59,853 bases of DNA from sequence record PP627279.1. One strand, given 5' to 3'. The position numbers and the translations under genes are program-made. Numbering within the stretch: position 1 is the stretch's first letter; each line of letters starts with the position of its first letter. This document shows positions 1-10,457 of this stretch, one piece after another. Under the pieces are notes generated by a model. That model did not search any database. It was not told the DNA's origin and saw only the letters and a list, made by a program, of their open reading frames with translations. The DNA comes from Escherichia phage KS_A8.

Positions 1-558
1 ATGAACGGGGCAAGTCAAGAGCAATATGATCGTGACTGGACGAATTACATCCAGTATGCAAATAGCTTGTCCGCTGAAGAGATGGCAATACGTGACAAAG
101 TTGTTGCTGAGTACATGTTCGACTACAATTGGACTAACGCTTGCATGAGATGCGGGTTCAATGCTATGTTTGCACAGGAGCTTGGCCAACGCTTTGCCAC
201 GGACTGTTATGTTCGATGGAAGCTCAAGGAGATTGAAAGATCCCGTGTTCAACGTACTTCTGAGCAAGCTAACATTGAAGCAGACCTTGAGCGTCAGCAT
301 ATCATTGAAGCATTAAAACGTGAAGCTCATTATACAGGACCGGGATCTTCTCAAGCTGCTAGAGTCGCCGCATTGGGCAAGCTTGCACAAATTTATGATT
401 TGGATGCTCCCAAGAAGGCTAAGATTGATGTTACTAACAGAGGTGGCGTAATGATAGTCCCTGCTGTAGCAAATATTGACGAATGGGAAAAAACTGCATC
501 CGAGTCTCAACAACGACTAGTTAAAGAGACTGAAGATGGAGCTAAACCGACAACCTGA
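1..558 (+). CDS. terminase small subunit (putative)
   Basis: 185-aa ORF directly upstream of and overlapping the large terminase; ATG at position 1 is served by RBS AAGAAAGGGGG at the window end, implying circular wrap. Function by position only. Confidence 0.4.
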   Translation: MNGASQEQYDRDWTNYIQYANSLSAEEMAIRDKVVAEYMFDYNWTNACMRCGFNAMFAQELGQRFATDCYVRWKLKEIERSRVQRTSEQANIEADLERQHIIEALKREAHYTGPGSSQAARVAALGKLAQIYDLDAPKKAKIDVTNRGGVMIVPAVANIDEWEKTASESQQRLVKETEDGAKPTT

Positions 559-2095
559 TAACATGCCGCGAGTCGTCTGGAAACCACATCCAGGTTCACA
601 GACACTCGCTCTATCCTGCCCCGCTGATATTATCCTATACCACGGAACTCGCGGTCCTGGAAAAACGGACTGCCAGCTTATGCGTTTCCGTAAGAATGTT
701 GGTGTAGGGTACGGTAAATTTTGGAAGGGTATTATATTCGACCGTGAATATAAAAACCTTGATGACCTTGTAACTAAATCCCAGCGTTGGTTTCCTGAAT
801 TTAAAGACGGGGCTAAATTCCTTAGTTCTAAGTCTGATTATAAATGGGTTTGGCCTACTGGTGAAGAGCTACTGTTCCGCGTTGCTTGTAAAGAAAAGGA
901 TTACTGGTCTTATCACGGTCACGAATACCCATTTATCGGATGGAACGAATTGACAAAATATCCGGACGGGCGTTTGTTTGAAGCTATGATGTCCTGTAAC
1001 CGTTCATCTTTCCTACCAGAAGATAACCCAATTATCAATCCAGATGGTACGGTTACATATTTACCGGATATCCCTCTTGAAGTGTTTGCTACCAGTAACC
1101 CGTTCGGTGCGGGGCATAACTGGGTTAAGAAACGCTTCATTGACGCTGCACCGATGGGTAAAATACTCAGGAAGACTACGCGAGTGTTTAACCCGAGGAC
1201 GCAGAAAGACGAAGATGTGGTTACGACGCAATGCCATATCTTTGGTTCGTACCGTGAAAACAAAAACCTAAGTCCAAAATATATTGCAGAACTTATGTCT
1301 ATCACAGACCCGAACAAGCGTGCTGCATGGTTGGGCGGGAGCTGGGATATTACATCCGGTGGTATGTTCGATGATCTGTGGCGTAGCACTGTTCACAAAG
1401 TACGACCATTCCCGATTCCAGCGAGTTGGAAGATTACACGTTCTTTCGACTGGGGTTCTTCAAAACCGTTCTCTGTCGGTTGGTGGGCTATTAGTGATGG
1501 TTCGGATGTTGTGCGTGAAGATGGCACTACATTCTCCACGGTCCGCGGTGACCTGTTTAGGATTAACGAATGGTATGGGACCAACGGTAAAACAAACGAA
1601 GGTCTACATTTGCTGGACTCAGAAATTGCAAGCGGTATACTGGAGCGGGAATTGGCCTGGGGTATACACGATCGTGTAGTTCCTGGTCCTGCGGATAACT
1701 CCATTTGGGATCTGGAGAACAATAACTCCACCGCTGCAACAATGGCGAAGAAAATTCGTCTTAACGGGAAGTTATACAACGGTATACATTGGAAGCGCAG
1801 TGATAAGTCTGCTGGGTCACGTAAACGAGGCTGGCAGAAAATGCGTGAGTTCCTTAAAGCTGCACTGCGGGAAGATGCGAACGGTAAACCTTTGCCCGGT
1901 CCGCGCGAGAATCCGGCAATGTACATTTTTGATAACTGCAACTATTTCTTTGAGCTGGTTCCAAGTCTACCTCGCGATGAAGTAGATCAGGACGACGTTG
2001 ATACGGAATGTGAAGACCATATGGGTGATGAAGTTCGTTATATGGTTCTGGATCAAGCTGTTTATACAGGTGTTGGCAAAACTATCGGTATTTAA
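536..2095 (+). CDS. terL: terminase large subunit
   Basis: 519 aa; N-terminal P-loop-like HGTRGPGKTD; sits between small terminase and portal. Alternative start ATG at 563 just after the upstream stop. Confidence 0.8.
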   Translation: MELNRQPDNMPRVVWKPHPGSQTLALSCPADIILYHGTRGPGKTDCQLMRFRKNVGVGYGKFWKGIIFDREYKNLDDLVTKSQRWFPEFKDGAKFLSSKSDYKWVWPTGEELLFRVACKEKDYWSYHGHEYPFIGWNELTKYPDGRLFEAMMSCNRSSFLPEDNPIINPDGTVTYLPDIPLEVFATSNPFGAGHNWVKKRFIDAAPMGKILRKTTRVFNPRTQKDEDVVTTQCHIFGSYRENKNLSPKYIAELMSITDPNKRAAWLGGSWDITSGGMFDDLWRSTVHKVRPFPIPASWKITRSFDWGSSKPFSVGWWAISDGSDVVREDGTTFSTVRGDLFRINEWYGTNGKTNEGLHLLDSEIASGILERELAWGIHDRVVPGPADNSIWDLENNNSTAATMAKKIRLNGKLYNGIHWKRSDKSAGSRKRGWQKMREFLKAALREDANGKPLPGPRENPAMYIFDNCNYFFELVPSLPRDEVDQDDVDTECEDHMGDEVRYMVLDQAVYTGVGKTIGI

Positions 2096-2106
2096 CTGGA
2101 GGGTAT

Positions 2107-3603
2107 ATGGGTATTGATGCAACTCACCCGCTATACGACAAGTGGAAGAATGCATGGATTAAGTGCAACGACTGCTATGAGGGTGAAGATAAAATTAAGG
2201 AAGAAGGTGTTAAATATCTACCGCCTTTAGCTTCCATGATTATTGATGGGATGAATAATCCTAATGATTTGGGCTTTCAACGTTGGCTTGCCTATCGTCT
2301 GCGTGCTAACTTCCCTGACGATTATTCAAGTGCGGTTACAAACAATCTAGGTCTGCTGCACCAGAAGCCTCCTACAATCCAGCTCCCCCCTGAAATGGAA
2401 TACATGCGGGATCTGTGTACTGCGGACGGTGAAGACATTATTGCTCTGCTACGTCGCATCAACGAAATGCAGTTAAAAAATGGGCGTTTGGGCCTGCTAC
2501 TGGACTTGCCTAAAGGTGAGGATGTAAATAACAGACCTTATATTAGCGTTTATGACGCTTTATCCATTATCAACTGGGATGATGGTAAAGATGAATTGGG
2601 CAATATCAACTTGAACATGGTTGTTCTGGATGAAAGTGGTCCTGTACGTGTCAATCAGTTTGACTGGAAAGAAGAGAAGCGTTATCGCGTTCTACAATTA
2701 GGTCCAATGGACACAGATGAAGTTGCAGGTGGAGCTGTCTACTCCCAACATCTGTTTATTAACAATACCAATTATGATGAAGGGCAAATGATTGCTCCTT
2801 ATTATAAAGGTAATACGCTGGATGAAATTCCTTTCCAGTTTGTCAATACAACAGATATTACCCCAGCACCGGAAGCGCCGCCATTGTTGGGTCTTGCTAA
2901 CATTTGTCTAAGCATGTACCGAAGTGATGCGGATTACCGCCAAAGCTTGCATATGCAGGGTCAGGACACCTTAGTCGTTGTTGGTGGTACTGGGGAGAAT
3001 GGGGATAAAGCCCCTCAACGCATCGGTCCTGGCGCTGTCATTAACGTTGCTATTGGTGGTGACGCTAAATATGTAGGTGTTAGCGGTGACGGTTTGTCCG
3101 AGCAACGTCTCGCACTTGCAGCGGATAAGCAAGAAGCCCAAATTAAAGCCGGGCAAATGGTAAACAATACCAAGAGTACGCAGGAATCGGGTGAAGCCAT
3201 GAAAACGCGTATTGCTGCGCGTACAGCTAGTCTGATTCGAATTGCGTATACTGGTGCGGCTGGTCTGGAAAACTTGCTGAAGGTTTGCGCTAAGTGGATG
3301 GGCGCTGATCCCGAGAAAGTTGTGGTTAAGCCTAATCTTGAATTCACCAAGAGCATGTTTAACGGTCAAGACTTTGTTCAAATTATCACTGCACGCAACC
3401 TTAAAGCTCCGATTAGCTTGCAGTCTATTCATGGCTGGCTTGTTGATCAGGGATTAACCACACTAAGCTTTGAAGAAGAAATGGCAATTCTTGAAGAAGA
3501 GCTTAAGAAGTGGCCTCTGCCTGATGATGCTAAAGCTGATTTAAACGCAGAGCAGCAAGTAAGCAAAGATCCTAAGGAAGACAACGCTTCCGATAAAGAA
3601 TAG
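2107..3603 (+). CDS. portal protein
   Basis: 498 aa, immediately after terL, acidic C-terminus; call from synteny and size. Confidence 0.7.
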   Translation: MGIDATHPLYDKWKNAWIKCNDCYEGEDKIKEEGVKYLPPLASMIIDGMNNPNDLGFQRWLAYRLRANFPDDYSSAVTNNLGLLHQKPPTIQLPPEMEYMRDLCTADGEDIIALLRRINEMQLKNGRLGLLLDLPKGEDVNNRPYISVYDALSIINWDDGKDELGNINLNMVVLDESGPVRVNQFDWKEEKRYRVLQLGPMDTDEVAGGAVYSQHLFINNTNYDEGQMIAPYYKGNTLDEIPFQFVNTTDITPAPEAPPLLGLANICLSMYRSDADYRQSLHMQGQDTLVVVGGTGENGDKAPQRIGPGAVINVAIGGDAKYVGVSGDGLSEQRLALAADKQEAQIKAGQMVNNTKSTQESGEAMKTRIAARTASLIRIAYTGAAGLENLLKVCAKWMGADPEKVVVKPNLEFTKSMFNGQDFVQIITARNLKAPISLQSIHGWLVDQGLTTLSFEEEMAILEEELKKWPLPDDAKADLNAEQQVSKDPKEDNASDKE

Positions 3604-3698
3604 TTGCAACTTCCAAGTTGATCGGTTTATATTAACGAACACGGGGCTGGGACGGCTCAGCTCCAAAAACGTCACACGGGTGACAACGGAGATAAGAA

Positions 3699-4571
3699 AT
3701 GAAAAAGAGTTCTGTAGCTATTAGTGTTGGTATGGCTTTAATTAATCCACGCGCTCGCGGTGAAGGTGATGTGGAACTGGAATACGAATATGCATCTGCG
3801 GAAGAGATCCCGGCAGAGTTTGCAACTCTTTACGCAGAGCAGGGCGGTAAATACGTTCTTGCAAAAGTTAAAGGTGTAGCCCCTGCTGATAGCGTTCGTC
3901 GTCTGGAAAGTGCGTTAGCTAAAGAACGTAACGACCATCGTCAGGTGAAGCAACAGATTAGCGCACTTGGGCGTCCGGTTGAAGAAGTCCTTGCGGACCT
4001 TGATCGTATCCCTCAACTGGAAGCTGCCGCTAACGGTAAAGGTACTCCGGAAGACATCGAAAAGATGGTTAAAGCCCGTCTTGCTCCGCTTGAGCGTCAA
4101 TTGCAAACTGTAGCAGCCGAACGCGATTCCGTTAAGCAGGAAATTGAAGGCTACCGCACTCGCGAAACTAAAGCGAAGATTAAAGACGCAGTTATTGCTG
4201 CTGCATCCGGTGCTAAGCTGCGTCCTTCTGCTATCGAAGATGCGGTGACTTATGCACAGTTGCAAATGACCGTCGACGAGAACGGCAATGTGGTTACGAA
4301 AGATGGGGCTGGTGTAACTCCATACCTAACCCCGGCGGATTGGCTTAACGAGATCCTCCCGAAACGTCCTCACTGGGTTGAAGGTTCTGCTGGTGGCGGT
4401 GCATCTGGTCCGGGCGCTGGCGGCCATCACGGTGAAGACCCATACAGTCACGACGGTTGGAACATCTCTAAGCAGATGAATCTCTGGAAAACTAATCAAT
4501 CTTTAGCTAAACGCTTGGCTGAAAAGAATGGCGTAGACCCGCTGAAGCCTGTACGTCCTGCTAAGAAATAA
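3699..4571 (+). CDS. head scaffolding/morphogenesis protein (putative)
   Basis: 290 aa, helix-rich with charged heptad-like segments, between portal and major capsid; RBS GGAGATAAG before ATG. Confidence 0.35.
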   Translation: MKKSSVAISVGMALINPRARGEGDVELEYEYASAEEIPAEFATLYAEQGGKYVLAKVKGVAPADSVRRLESALAKERNDHRQVKQQISALGRPVEEVLADLDRIPQLEAAANGKGTPEDIEKMVKARLAPLERQLQTVAAERDSVKQEIEGYRTRETKAKIKDAVIAAASGAKLRPSAIEDAVTYAQLQMTVDENGNVVTKDGAGVTPYLTPADWLNEILPKRPHWVEGSAGGGASGPGAGGHHGEDPYSHDGWNISKQMNLWKTNQSLAKRLAEKNGVDPLKPVRPAKK

Positions 4572-4693
4572 GTTGACATCCCGACGTCCCTGATGTTAAG
4601 TTTCAACACATCAGGGACACGGGTTCCTAAACAGCCTTCCACGGGGAAAGGCTACCAACAGTAAACAAATCAATCCTTTTCCTGGAGACAAGT

Positions 4694-5755
4694 ATGTCTA
4701 AATCTAAAATTATTCTGCCATTTGGTCGTGGTGAAACTGACCTGACTCGTTTGAAGGATGTCATTGTCCCTGAGATCTTCACTGGTTATGTGCAGACGCA
4801 GACCGCTGAACTTTCTGCTCTGATTCAATCCGGTGCGGTTGTAATGGACGAGCGTTTATCCGCTAACCTTGCTGGTGCAGGTCTGACTTTTAACGAGCCG
4901 TTCTATAACGACCTGAAAGATGAAGACGAAGATATCGCGGTTGATAAAGGCGATCCGTCCAAACCGTCTAACATCACTACCGGATCTGAAGTTCAGGTTC
5001 GTATGAGTCGTTCAAAATCCTGGGGTTCTGCGGATCTGGTATCAGCTTTGATTGGTAACGACCCAATGACCGCTATCGGTAACCGCGTGTCTGCGTGGTG
5101 GGTCCGCCGTCTGCAAGCTGCATACATCGCAACCTGGAAAGGTGTATTTGCTAATGCGAAGAAATCTCATAACGACGATTTGACTTTCGACATCTCTGGT
5201 TCTTCTTTTGTAAATAACCAGACCAACTTTACCGCGTCTAACTTCATCAACGCAACTGCAACGATGGGTGATGCTGCCCGCGGTCTGACTATGATTATGG
5301 TACACTCTACCGTTCGTAACCGTATGCGTCAGTTGAACCTGATCGACTTCATTCCAGATGCTCGCGGTGAAACTCAGTTTGAGTATTATCAGGGTCTGCG
5401 TATTATTGAAGACGACTCCATGCCACACGATCCGTCTACTGGTGTGTTTGAAAGCTGGCTGTTCGGCCCGGGCGCAACTGCAATGGGTGCTGGATCACCG
5501 AAAGTTCCGACCGCTGTGGTGCGTGACGAAGCCGCTAACCAAGGCGCTGGTGAAGAAGTTCTTCACAACCGTGTTGAATGGATTCTGCATCCGGTTGGCC
5601 ATGCTTGGGCTGCTGCTCAAACTGCTAAAGGTGGTCCGTCTAACGCTGCTACCACTAACAACCTGGCCCATGAAGATTCCTGGCGTCGTGCGTTCCCTGA
5701 GCGCAAGCAGCTTAAAGTTGCACGCCTGATCACTCGTGAGTATCAGGGTTCCTAA
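4694..5755 (+). CDS. major capsid protein
   Basis: 353 aa; position after the scaffold-like gene; followed by a strong intrinsic terminator, as expected for a highly expressed capsid gene. Confidence 0.7.
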   Translation: MSKSKIILPFGRGETDLTRLKDVIVPEIFTGYVQTQTAELSALIQSGAVVMDERLSANLAGAGLTFNEPFYNDLKDEDEDIAVDKGDPSKPSNITTGSEVQVRMSRSKSWGSADLVSALIGNDPMTAIGNRVSAWWVRRLQAAYIATWKGVFANAKKSHNDDLTFDISGSSFVNNQTNFTASNFINATATMGDAARGLTMIMVHSTVRNRMRQLNLIDFIPDARGETQFEYYQGLRIIEDDSMPHDPSTGVFESWLFGPGATAMGAGSPKVPTAVVRDEAANQGAGEEVLHNRVEWILHPVGHAWAAAQTAKGGPSNAATTNNLAHEDSWRRAFPERKQLKVARLITREYQGS

Positions 5756-5786
5756 GGCTTCACTCAACGCCGCGCTGTAGTATTTT

Positions 5787-5813
5787 GGGGACATCTTATG
5801 TCCCCTCTTTTTT
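5787..5813 (+). terminator. rho-independent terminator after the capsid gene
   Basis: GGGGACAT-CTT-ATGTCCCC hairpin followed by TCTTTTTT. Confidence 0.6.
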
Positions 5814-5825
5814 AGGAGAACAACC

Positions 5826-6149
5826 ATGCGTTATCAACGTTATGAGCCACATGACTTGATGGAAAAATCGTTGCAGGTGGAGCCAATTTCGATTACTCTC
5901 GATCCTGCTAAGATTGACACCACAACTTCAGAAGTAAAAACGGTTACTGTTAAAATAAACTTTGTCCCAGGCGGAACTACAAACAAAGCGTATAGCGCGT
6001 CAGTTGACGGTTCCTCTGCTACAATTAAAGACAACGGGGACGGTACAATTACCGTGACCACAACCGAAAGCAGCGGTACTTCAAACTTGACAGTAACGTC
6101 CAAGGCAAAGGATAGTGTTACTGGTACATGTGTTATTAATGTGACCTAA
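5826..6149 (+). CDS. Ig-like (Big_2-type) domain protein, possible capsid decoration
   Basis: 107 aa, Thr/Ser/Val-rich beta-strand pattern (TVTVKINF...GDGTITVTTTESSGTSNLTVTS) typical of bacterial Ig-like domains; lies right after the capsid gene. Confidence 0.45.
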   Translation: MRYQRYEPHDLMEKSLQVEPISITLDPAKIDTTTSEVKTVTVKINFVPGGTTNKAYSASVDGSSATIKDNGDGTITVTTTESSGTSNLTVTSKAKDSVTGTCVINVT

Positions 6150-6165
6150 AAATAAGGATTAAACA

Positions 6166-6819
6166 ATGAAGACATTAATTGAAGCATTGTTAGAACTTGA
6201 TCCGGAAAACCCGAATCATTGGACCAGCGATGGCTTACCTAAAGTAGACGCTCTGCGTTTCGCTACCGCTAACCCGTCTTTAACCCGCGACGATATTACG
6301 ACTGCTGCCCCTCTATTCACCCGCGATAACCGCGTGCTGGAAGAGCCTGAGCCTGTGGAACCCGTTAAATCTGCTGATCCAGTTTTACATGAAGCAGTTA
6401 AACAGGAGAAAGCTCATGAAGAACAAAAGAAAGTCGCGGTTGCAACGATGCAAATCGAAGTTAAGATTAGCGAAGCACTGCGTGCTCTTCTGGAGCCGGA
6501 AAAAATCGGTGACGCTTCCAGCTTAACCGATGAAGAACTGAAAGCGAAGCGCGAAAAGCTTAGCAATGTGGTTAAAGAGATTGCCCACACTAAGCACGCG
6601 TTGGAGCTCGCTATCGCAGACGTTCAAGCGGATCTGGATAAGATTATCGTTGAGCAGGAGCGTCGTCGTCCTAAGTCCGGTCTTACTGCAACTCAGATGT
6701 ATCTTGAAGCGCAGAAAAAACGTAAACCGGAAGACATGCTTTCTGACCATCGCTTCCAGAACCCTATTGACGATCCGGTCGCCCGTATGGTTGCACGTAA
6801 TATGATGCGTCGAGGTTAA
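6166..6819 (+). CDS. hypothetical structural protein
   Basis: 217-aa ORF in the head module, charged and helical; no motif recognised. Confidence 0.3.
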   Translation: MKTLIEALLELDPENPNHWTSDGLPKVDALRFATANPSLTRDDITTAAPLFTRDNRVLEEPEPVEPVKSADPVLHEAVKQEKAHEEQKKVAVATMQIEVKISEALRALLEPEKIGDASSLTDEELKAKREKLSNVVKEIAHTKHALELAIADVQADLDKIIVEQERRRPKSGLTATQMYLEAQKKRKPEDMLSDHRFQNPIDDPVARMVARNMMRRG

Positions 6820-6957
6820 CCATGGAAATGAGCCATAGACAATATGTGTTGTGGCTCCTCCGACGTAATAGAAAACGGCGTCAAGAAGACGCCGTTTCTG
6901 TTCCTGAAGAAGAGCTCCCGCCACTTATCCCTACAACCATCGCAATGAGGAAGAAAG

Positions 6958-7464
6958 ATGGAGATTCCACTGATAGTTGAAGATGGTACTGGTGTATTGG
7001 ACGCCAACAGTTATGTGACCATTGAACAAGTCCGCATGTATGCCGCAATGCGAGGTATTGTACTTCCAAGTGAAGATGAAGATCTAAAGACAAAGATCTT
7101 CGACGCTATGGATTTTGTGGAAGGATACGGTCAACGGTTTAAGGGTTACAAAATGGACCCACAGCAACCGCTAAATTGGCCACGCTACGGTGTGTTTGTG
7201 GATGGGTTCGAGCTACCCCAAAGCCCTTTACCAAAGGCGCTTATAAACGCTGTTTGCCAGCTTACAGCGGACTCAGCTACTGGCGGTCCTCTTAATGGGA
7301 AAACTACTGCATATGCAGTCAAAAGAACTAAAGTAGAAGGTCTTGAAATTGAATATGCAACTGGTAGCACAGCACAGTCAGGTCCAGCAAAAACATATGA
7401 TAAAGCTATGACGTTTTTATCACCTTTGCTGGGTTATCAAATGGGTAATAGATTGATACGGTGA
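6958..7464 (+). CDS. head-tail connector/adaptor protein (putative)
   Basis: 168 aa; position between head and tail genes; N-terminus resembles gp6-like connector proteins (from memory). Confidence 0.4.
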   Translation: MEIPLIVEDGTGVLDANSYVTIEQVRMYAAMRGIVLPSEDEDLKTKIFDAMDFVEGYGQRFKGYKMDPQQPLNWPRYGVFVDGFELPQSPLPKALINAVCQLTADSATGGPLNGKTTAYAVKRTKVEGLEIEYATGSTAQSGPAKTYDKAMTFLSPLLGYQMGNRLIR

Positions 7465-7467
7465 TTT

Positions 7468-7848
7468 ATGAGCTTTTCTTACGAGCAGCTAGTTGAAGCT
7501 GCAAAGCAAATGATCAACGATGCTGGTGTTAACTGTACCCTTGTTGTTATGGAGCAAGGGGAAGGTCAAGATGAATGGGACGATCCGAGCGTTGAAAAAC
7601 GATACCCATTCATTGGAGCTTTCTTTTCACCGAAGGAAAAGATGATTGGCGGCAGTCTTGTTTCTGCTGGTGAGCTGAAAGTGTTGACTTACCCAATGAC
7701 ACCTCCATTGACTCGCGATAAAGCAATGACTGCACGCATTGAGCGTGTGTCACCGGATGGGGAACTGGAAGTGTGGACAATAAATGAGTTTGTTGATACA
7801 CGACCAGCTAACGTTTCTGTTCTTTACACTTTTAAGGTGACGCGATAA
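7468..7848 (+). CDS. head-tail joining protein (putative)
   Basis: 126 aa, tightly packed in the neck gene series. Confidence 0.3.
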   Translation: MSFSYEQLVEAAKQMINDAGVNCTLVVMEQGEGQDEWDDPSVEKRYPFIGAFFSPKEKMIGGSLVSAGELKVLTYPMTPPLTRDKAMTARIERVSPDGELEVWTINEFVDTRPANVSVLYTFKVTR

Positions 7849-8255
7849 TGGGATTCGGGGCGGATATTCGACGTGCAAGTCAGAAGGTACTTGTTCAGAC
7901 AAGCGAGCAAGCCAAAAAAGTCGTTGTCAAGTTCACAGAGAATGTGATACAGGATACTCCTGTTAAGACCGGACGCACAAAAGGTGGTTGGCGGTCATCC
8001 ATTGGTGCGCCGTATGCAACGGAAACTATCCGCCTCGATCCTACTGGAGAGATGGCTAAAGCTGAAGCCCGAGTTGTCGCACGCCAACTACCTAATGATA
8101 AAGACTGGACTTTCTATTTTAGCAACCTGACACCATATGCTGGCAAACTGGAGTTCTTAGGTTGGTCGCAGCAAGCCCCGAACGGTATGGTTCGTATTAA
8201 CGTAGCGAAGCTTCCAATGTTGATACGTCAAGCTATAGCAGAAGGAAAACTATAA
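7848..8255 (+). CDS. neck/tail completion protein (putative)
   Basis: 135 aa, ATGA-type coupling with upstream gene; synteny only. Confidence 0.3.
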   Translation: MGFGADIRRASQKVLVQTSEQAKKVVVKFTENVIQDTPVKTGRTKGGWRSSIGAPYATETIRLDPTGEMAKAEARVVARQLPNDKDWTFYFSNLTPYAGKLEFLGWSQQAPNGMVRINVAKLPMLIRQAIAEGKL

Positions 8256-8704
8256 TGCTTGGATACGATTTCATTAATGATGCATTTAATAAGATGCTAC
8301 GCGAAGCAGTTGGACCGGATATCGGTATAGCGTGGAAGAATAAGAAGTTTACACCTAAAGCCAACCAGATGTGGTTAAAGGCAATCAATGCTCCCGCTTC
8401 CACTTACGCTGCAACGCTAGGTGATAACGGTCTGAATGAAATTCCAGGCTTCTACCAAATCACAGTATATAGTCCTTTAAACACTGGAACGTCTAAGCAG
8501 AATCAAATCTTGGATTCTATTCGGAAAAAGTTTAAACTGGGCTTGCGTATCCCGTGCCCGGATGACCACACGTTACGGATTGTCAGTTTAGACTTTTCGC
8601 AAGGTGGACAAACTTCGCTGAACGATTTTACCAAAGGCGGGGTTGAAGATAACTGGGACGTTAACTTTATCACAATCTATTGGTCGGCTCGTGAGCCGAG
8701 GTAA
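8255..8704 (+). CDS. tail terminator/completion protein (putative)
   Basis: 149 aa, directly upstream of the major tail protein gene; synteny only. Confidence 0.3.
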   Translation: MLGYDFINDAFNKMLREAVGPDIGIAWKNKKFTPKANQMWLKAINAPASTYAATLGDNGLNEIPGFYQITVYSPLNTGTSKQNQILDSIRKKFKLGLRIPCPDDHTLRIVSLDFSQGGQTSLNDFTKGGVEDNWDVNFITIYWSAREPR

Positions 8705-8718
8705 GAGAGGATCTAAAT

Positions 8719-9642
8719 ATGGCTACAGGTTCACGTTATTCGTGTTACTACGTCAAAGAAGATGTAAGCAACACTACGCCAGCGAGTGCGAAGTTTACTC
8801 CGTTCCGTGTCACCAGCTCCGGTCTGGACATTAATATTGCAACGCTGGAATCCGAAGAACTGCGCGATGACGCTGAAACTGCGGACTTCCGCCTCGGTGC
8901 TCGCAGTGTTGAAGGTACAGTAACGGGCGAAATGTCCTTCGGCACCTTCGATGATCTTATTGCTGCTGCACTTCGTGGGGAGTGGCAAGACAACGTCCTT
9001 AAAGGCGGTATTATCCGTCAGTCATTTACTTTCGTAGACTATAACGCAGATCTACCGTCAGGTAAATATACGATTTATCGCGGTTGCGAAGTTAATAGCA
9101 TGACTTTCTCATTGTCTGCGGAAAACATGACCACAGTGGAATTCGGTATTGTTGGTCGCTCAATGGAAATTGCGGAATCGCTCCCATCTGGTGCAACTAT
9201 CAAAGAGCGTACGACTACTTCACCGATGGATGGTTTCTCCGGTCGCTTGCTGGAAAACGACGAAGAAATCAGCGTTATTACGGAAATCGGTCTTACCGTT
9301 GAAAACGATATTGCACCGCGCTTTGTTGTTGGTTCTAAGTTCTCCATTGAACCGTCCGCTGGCCGCCGTGCGGTAACTGGTACAGCTAACGTGTACTTCC
9401 TGGATAACAAGCTGCGTATGAAGTATCTGGATGAAGTGGAAACTTCAATCAAGTTTGATCTGATTGACCCAAGCAATCCGGAACAAAAATACACTGTGGA
9501 AATTCCTCGCGTGAAATTCACTGAAGCTCCGCGTCCTATTGACGGTGAAGGGGATATCATGCTTAATATGGGCTACCGCGGATTGCTGGACCCAACAACC
9601 GCAAGTTCCATCAAAATTACCCGCGTTTTAGCGGCAGCATAA
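8719..9642 (+). CDS. major tail protein
   Basis: 307 aa, RBS GAGAGGA, upstream of the chaperone/tape-measure pair. Confidence 0.55.
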   Translation: MATGSRYSCYYVKEDVSNTTPASAKFTPFRVTSSGLDINIATLESEELRDDAETADFRLGARSVEGTVTGEMSFGTFDDLIAAALRGEWQDNVLKGGIIRQSFTFVDYNADLPSGKYTIYRGCEVNSMTFSLSAENMTTVEFGIVGRSMEIAESLPSGATIKERTTTSPMDGFSGRLLENDEEISVITEIGLTVENDIAPRFVVGSKFSIEPSAGRRAVTGTANVYFLDNKLRMKYLDEVETSIKFDLIDPSNPEQKYTVEIPRVKFTEAPRPIDGEGDIMLNMGYRGLLDPTTASSIKITRVLAAA

Positions 9643-9651
9643 GGATAAGAA

Positions 9652-10059
9652 ATGACCGACACCAAAAAAGGCAAAGTTGCAGTAGCTAAAAGCTTCCGTG
9701 ATTTTAAAACTGTGAGCCGGGCAAACGACCCGGCAAACACTAAGCCTATGAATGTGGTTATTCCTGGTGTAGGCGACACTGGTGAAAAACTCTACATTCG
9801 TAGCCGCTACTGCACAGAGTATCGTGACGCAGAATTGAAAGCACAGCGTCAACTGTTGGCGCTTATGCAGGGTAAAGACGGTGAAGTAACGGATGCTATG
9901 AAGGAAGATATCCTTACCCGTTCACTGTGTAACCTTGTAGCAGGTTGGACTTTTGACGAGCCACCGACTGTTGATAACGTGTTTGAGTTCTTAACGGAGA
10001 ACCCAACTGTCCGAGAAGACCTTAACGTATTTGCCGCTAAAGATAGTAATTTTTTCTAA
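9652..10059 (+). CDS. tail assembly chaperone (gpG-like)
   Basis: 135 aa, directly upstream of the tape measure; ends at slippery heptamer T_TTT_TTC. Confidence 0.55.
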   Translation: MTDTKKGKVAVAKSFRDFKTVSRANDPANTKPMNVVIPGVGDTGEKLYIRSRYCTEYRDAELKAQRQLLALMQGKDGEVTDAMKEDILTRSLCNLVAGWTFDEPPTVDNVFEFLTENPTVREDLNVFAAKDSNFF

Positions 10060-10457
10060 AAGCGCGCAGACAGTTAATTGATAAGAAGATCCTCCAATGG
10101 GAACTAAATAGTAAAGTCCCCGGCGGGGGATCTTCTTTATTATCGCAACTGCAAAAGGTTGAGGAACAGTCTGGTAAGACGCCCCCTAAGCTTAAAGAAT
10201 ATCGGGAAAAGGAAATACCGCTTTGCTTCGAATATCTATCTACTTTATTTGATGATATCTACACTGGAGGAGATTTTAGTTATACAGAATTGCACAGCTA
10301 TCAAGTGACAATGGGCTTACATCTTCAACCGTACGAATGCGAAATACTGCGGCAGCTATGGCTTGAAAAGCGCGTGTCAGAAGCTGAACAAAATGCTAAA
10401 CTCATGGAAAGTCAAATGCAAAATCAAAATAAAGGTAGAAGAAAAAGGAGAAGATAA
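9652..10457 (+). CDS. tail assembly chaperone -1 frameshift product (gpGT-like)
   Basis: The -1 frame is open from the slippery site T TTT TTC (10050-10056) to TAA at 10455-10457, which overlaps the tape-measure ATG; inverted repeat AAGAAGATCC...GGATCTTCTT lies downstream of the slip site. Confidence 0.45.

Noticed and set aside
919-1941. Antisense ORFs inside terL (919-1389, 1393-1941) and similar antisense ORFs inside polymerase, tape measure and helicase
   Set aside because: Fully contained in long, motif-supported genes on the other strand; no RBS.
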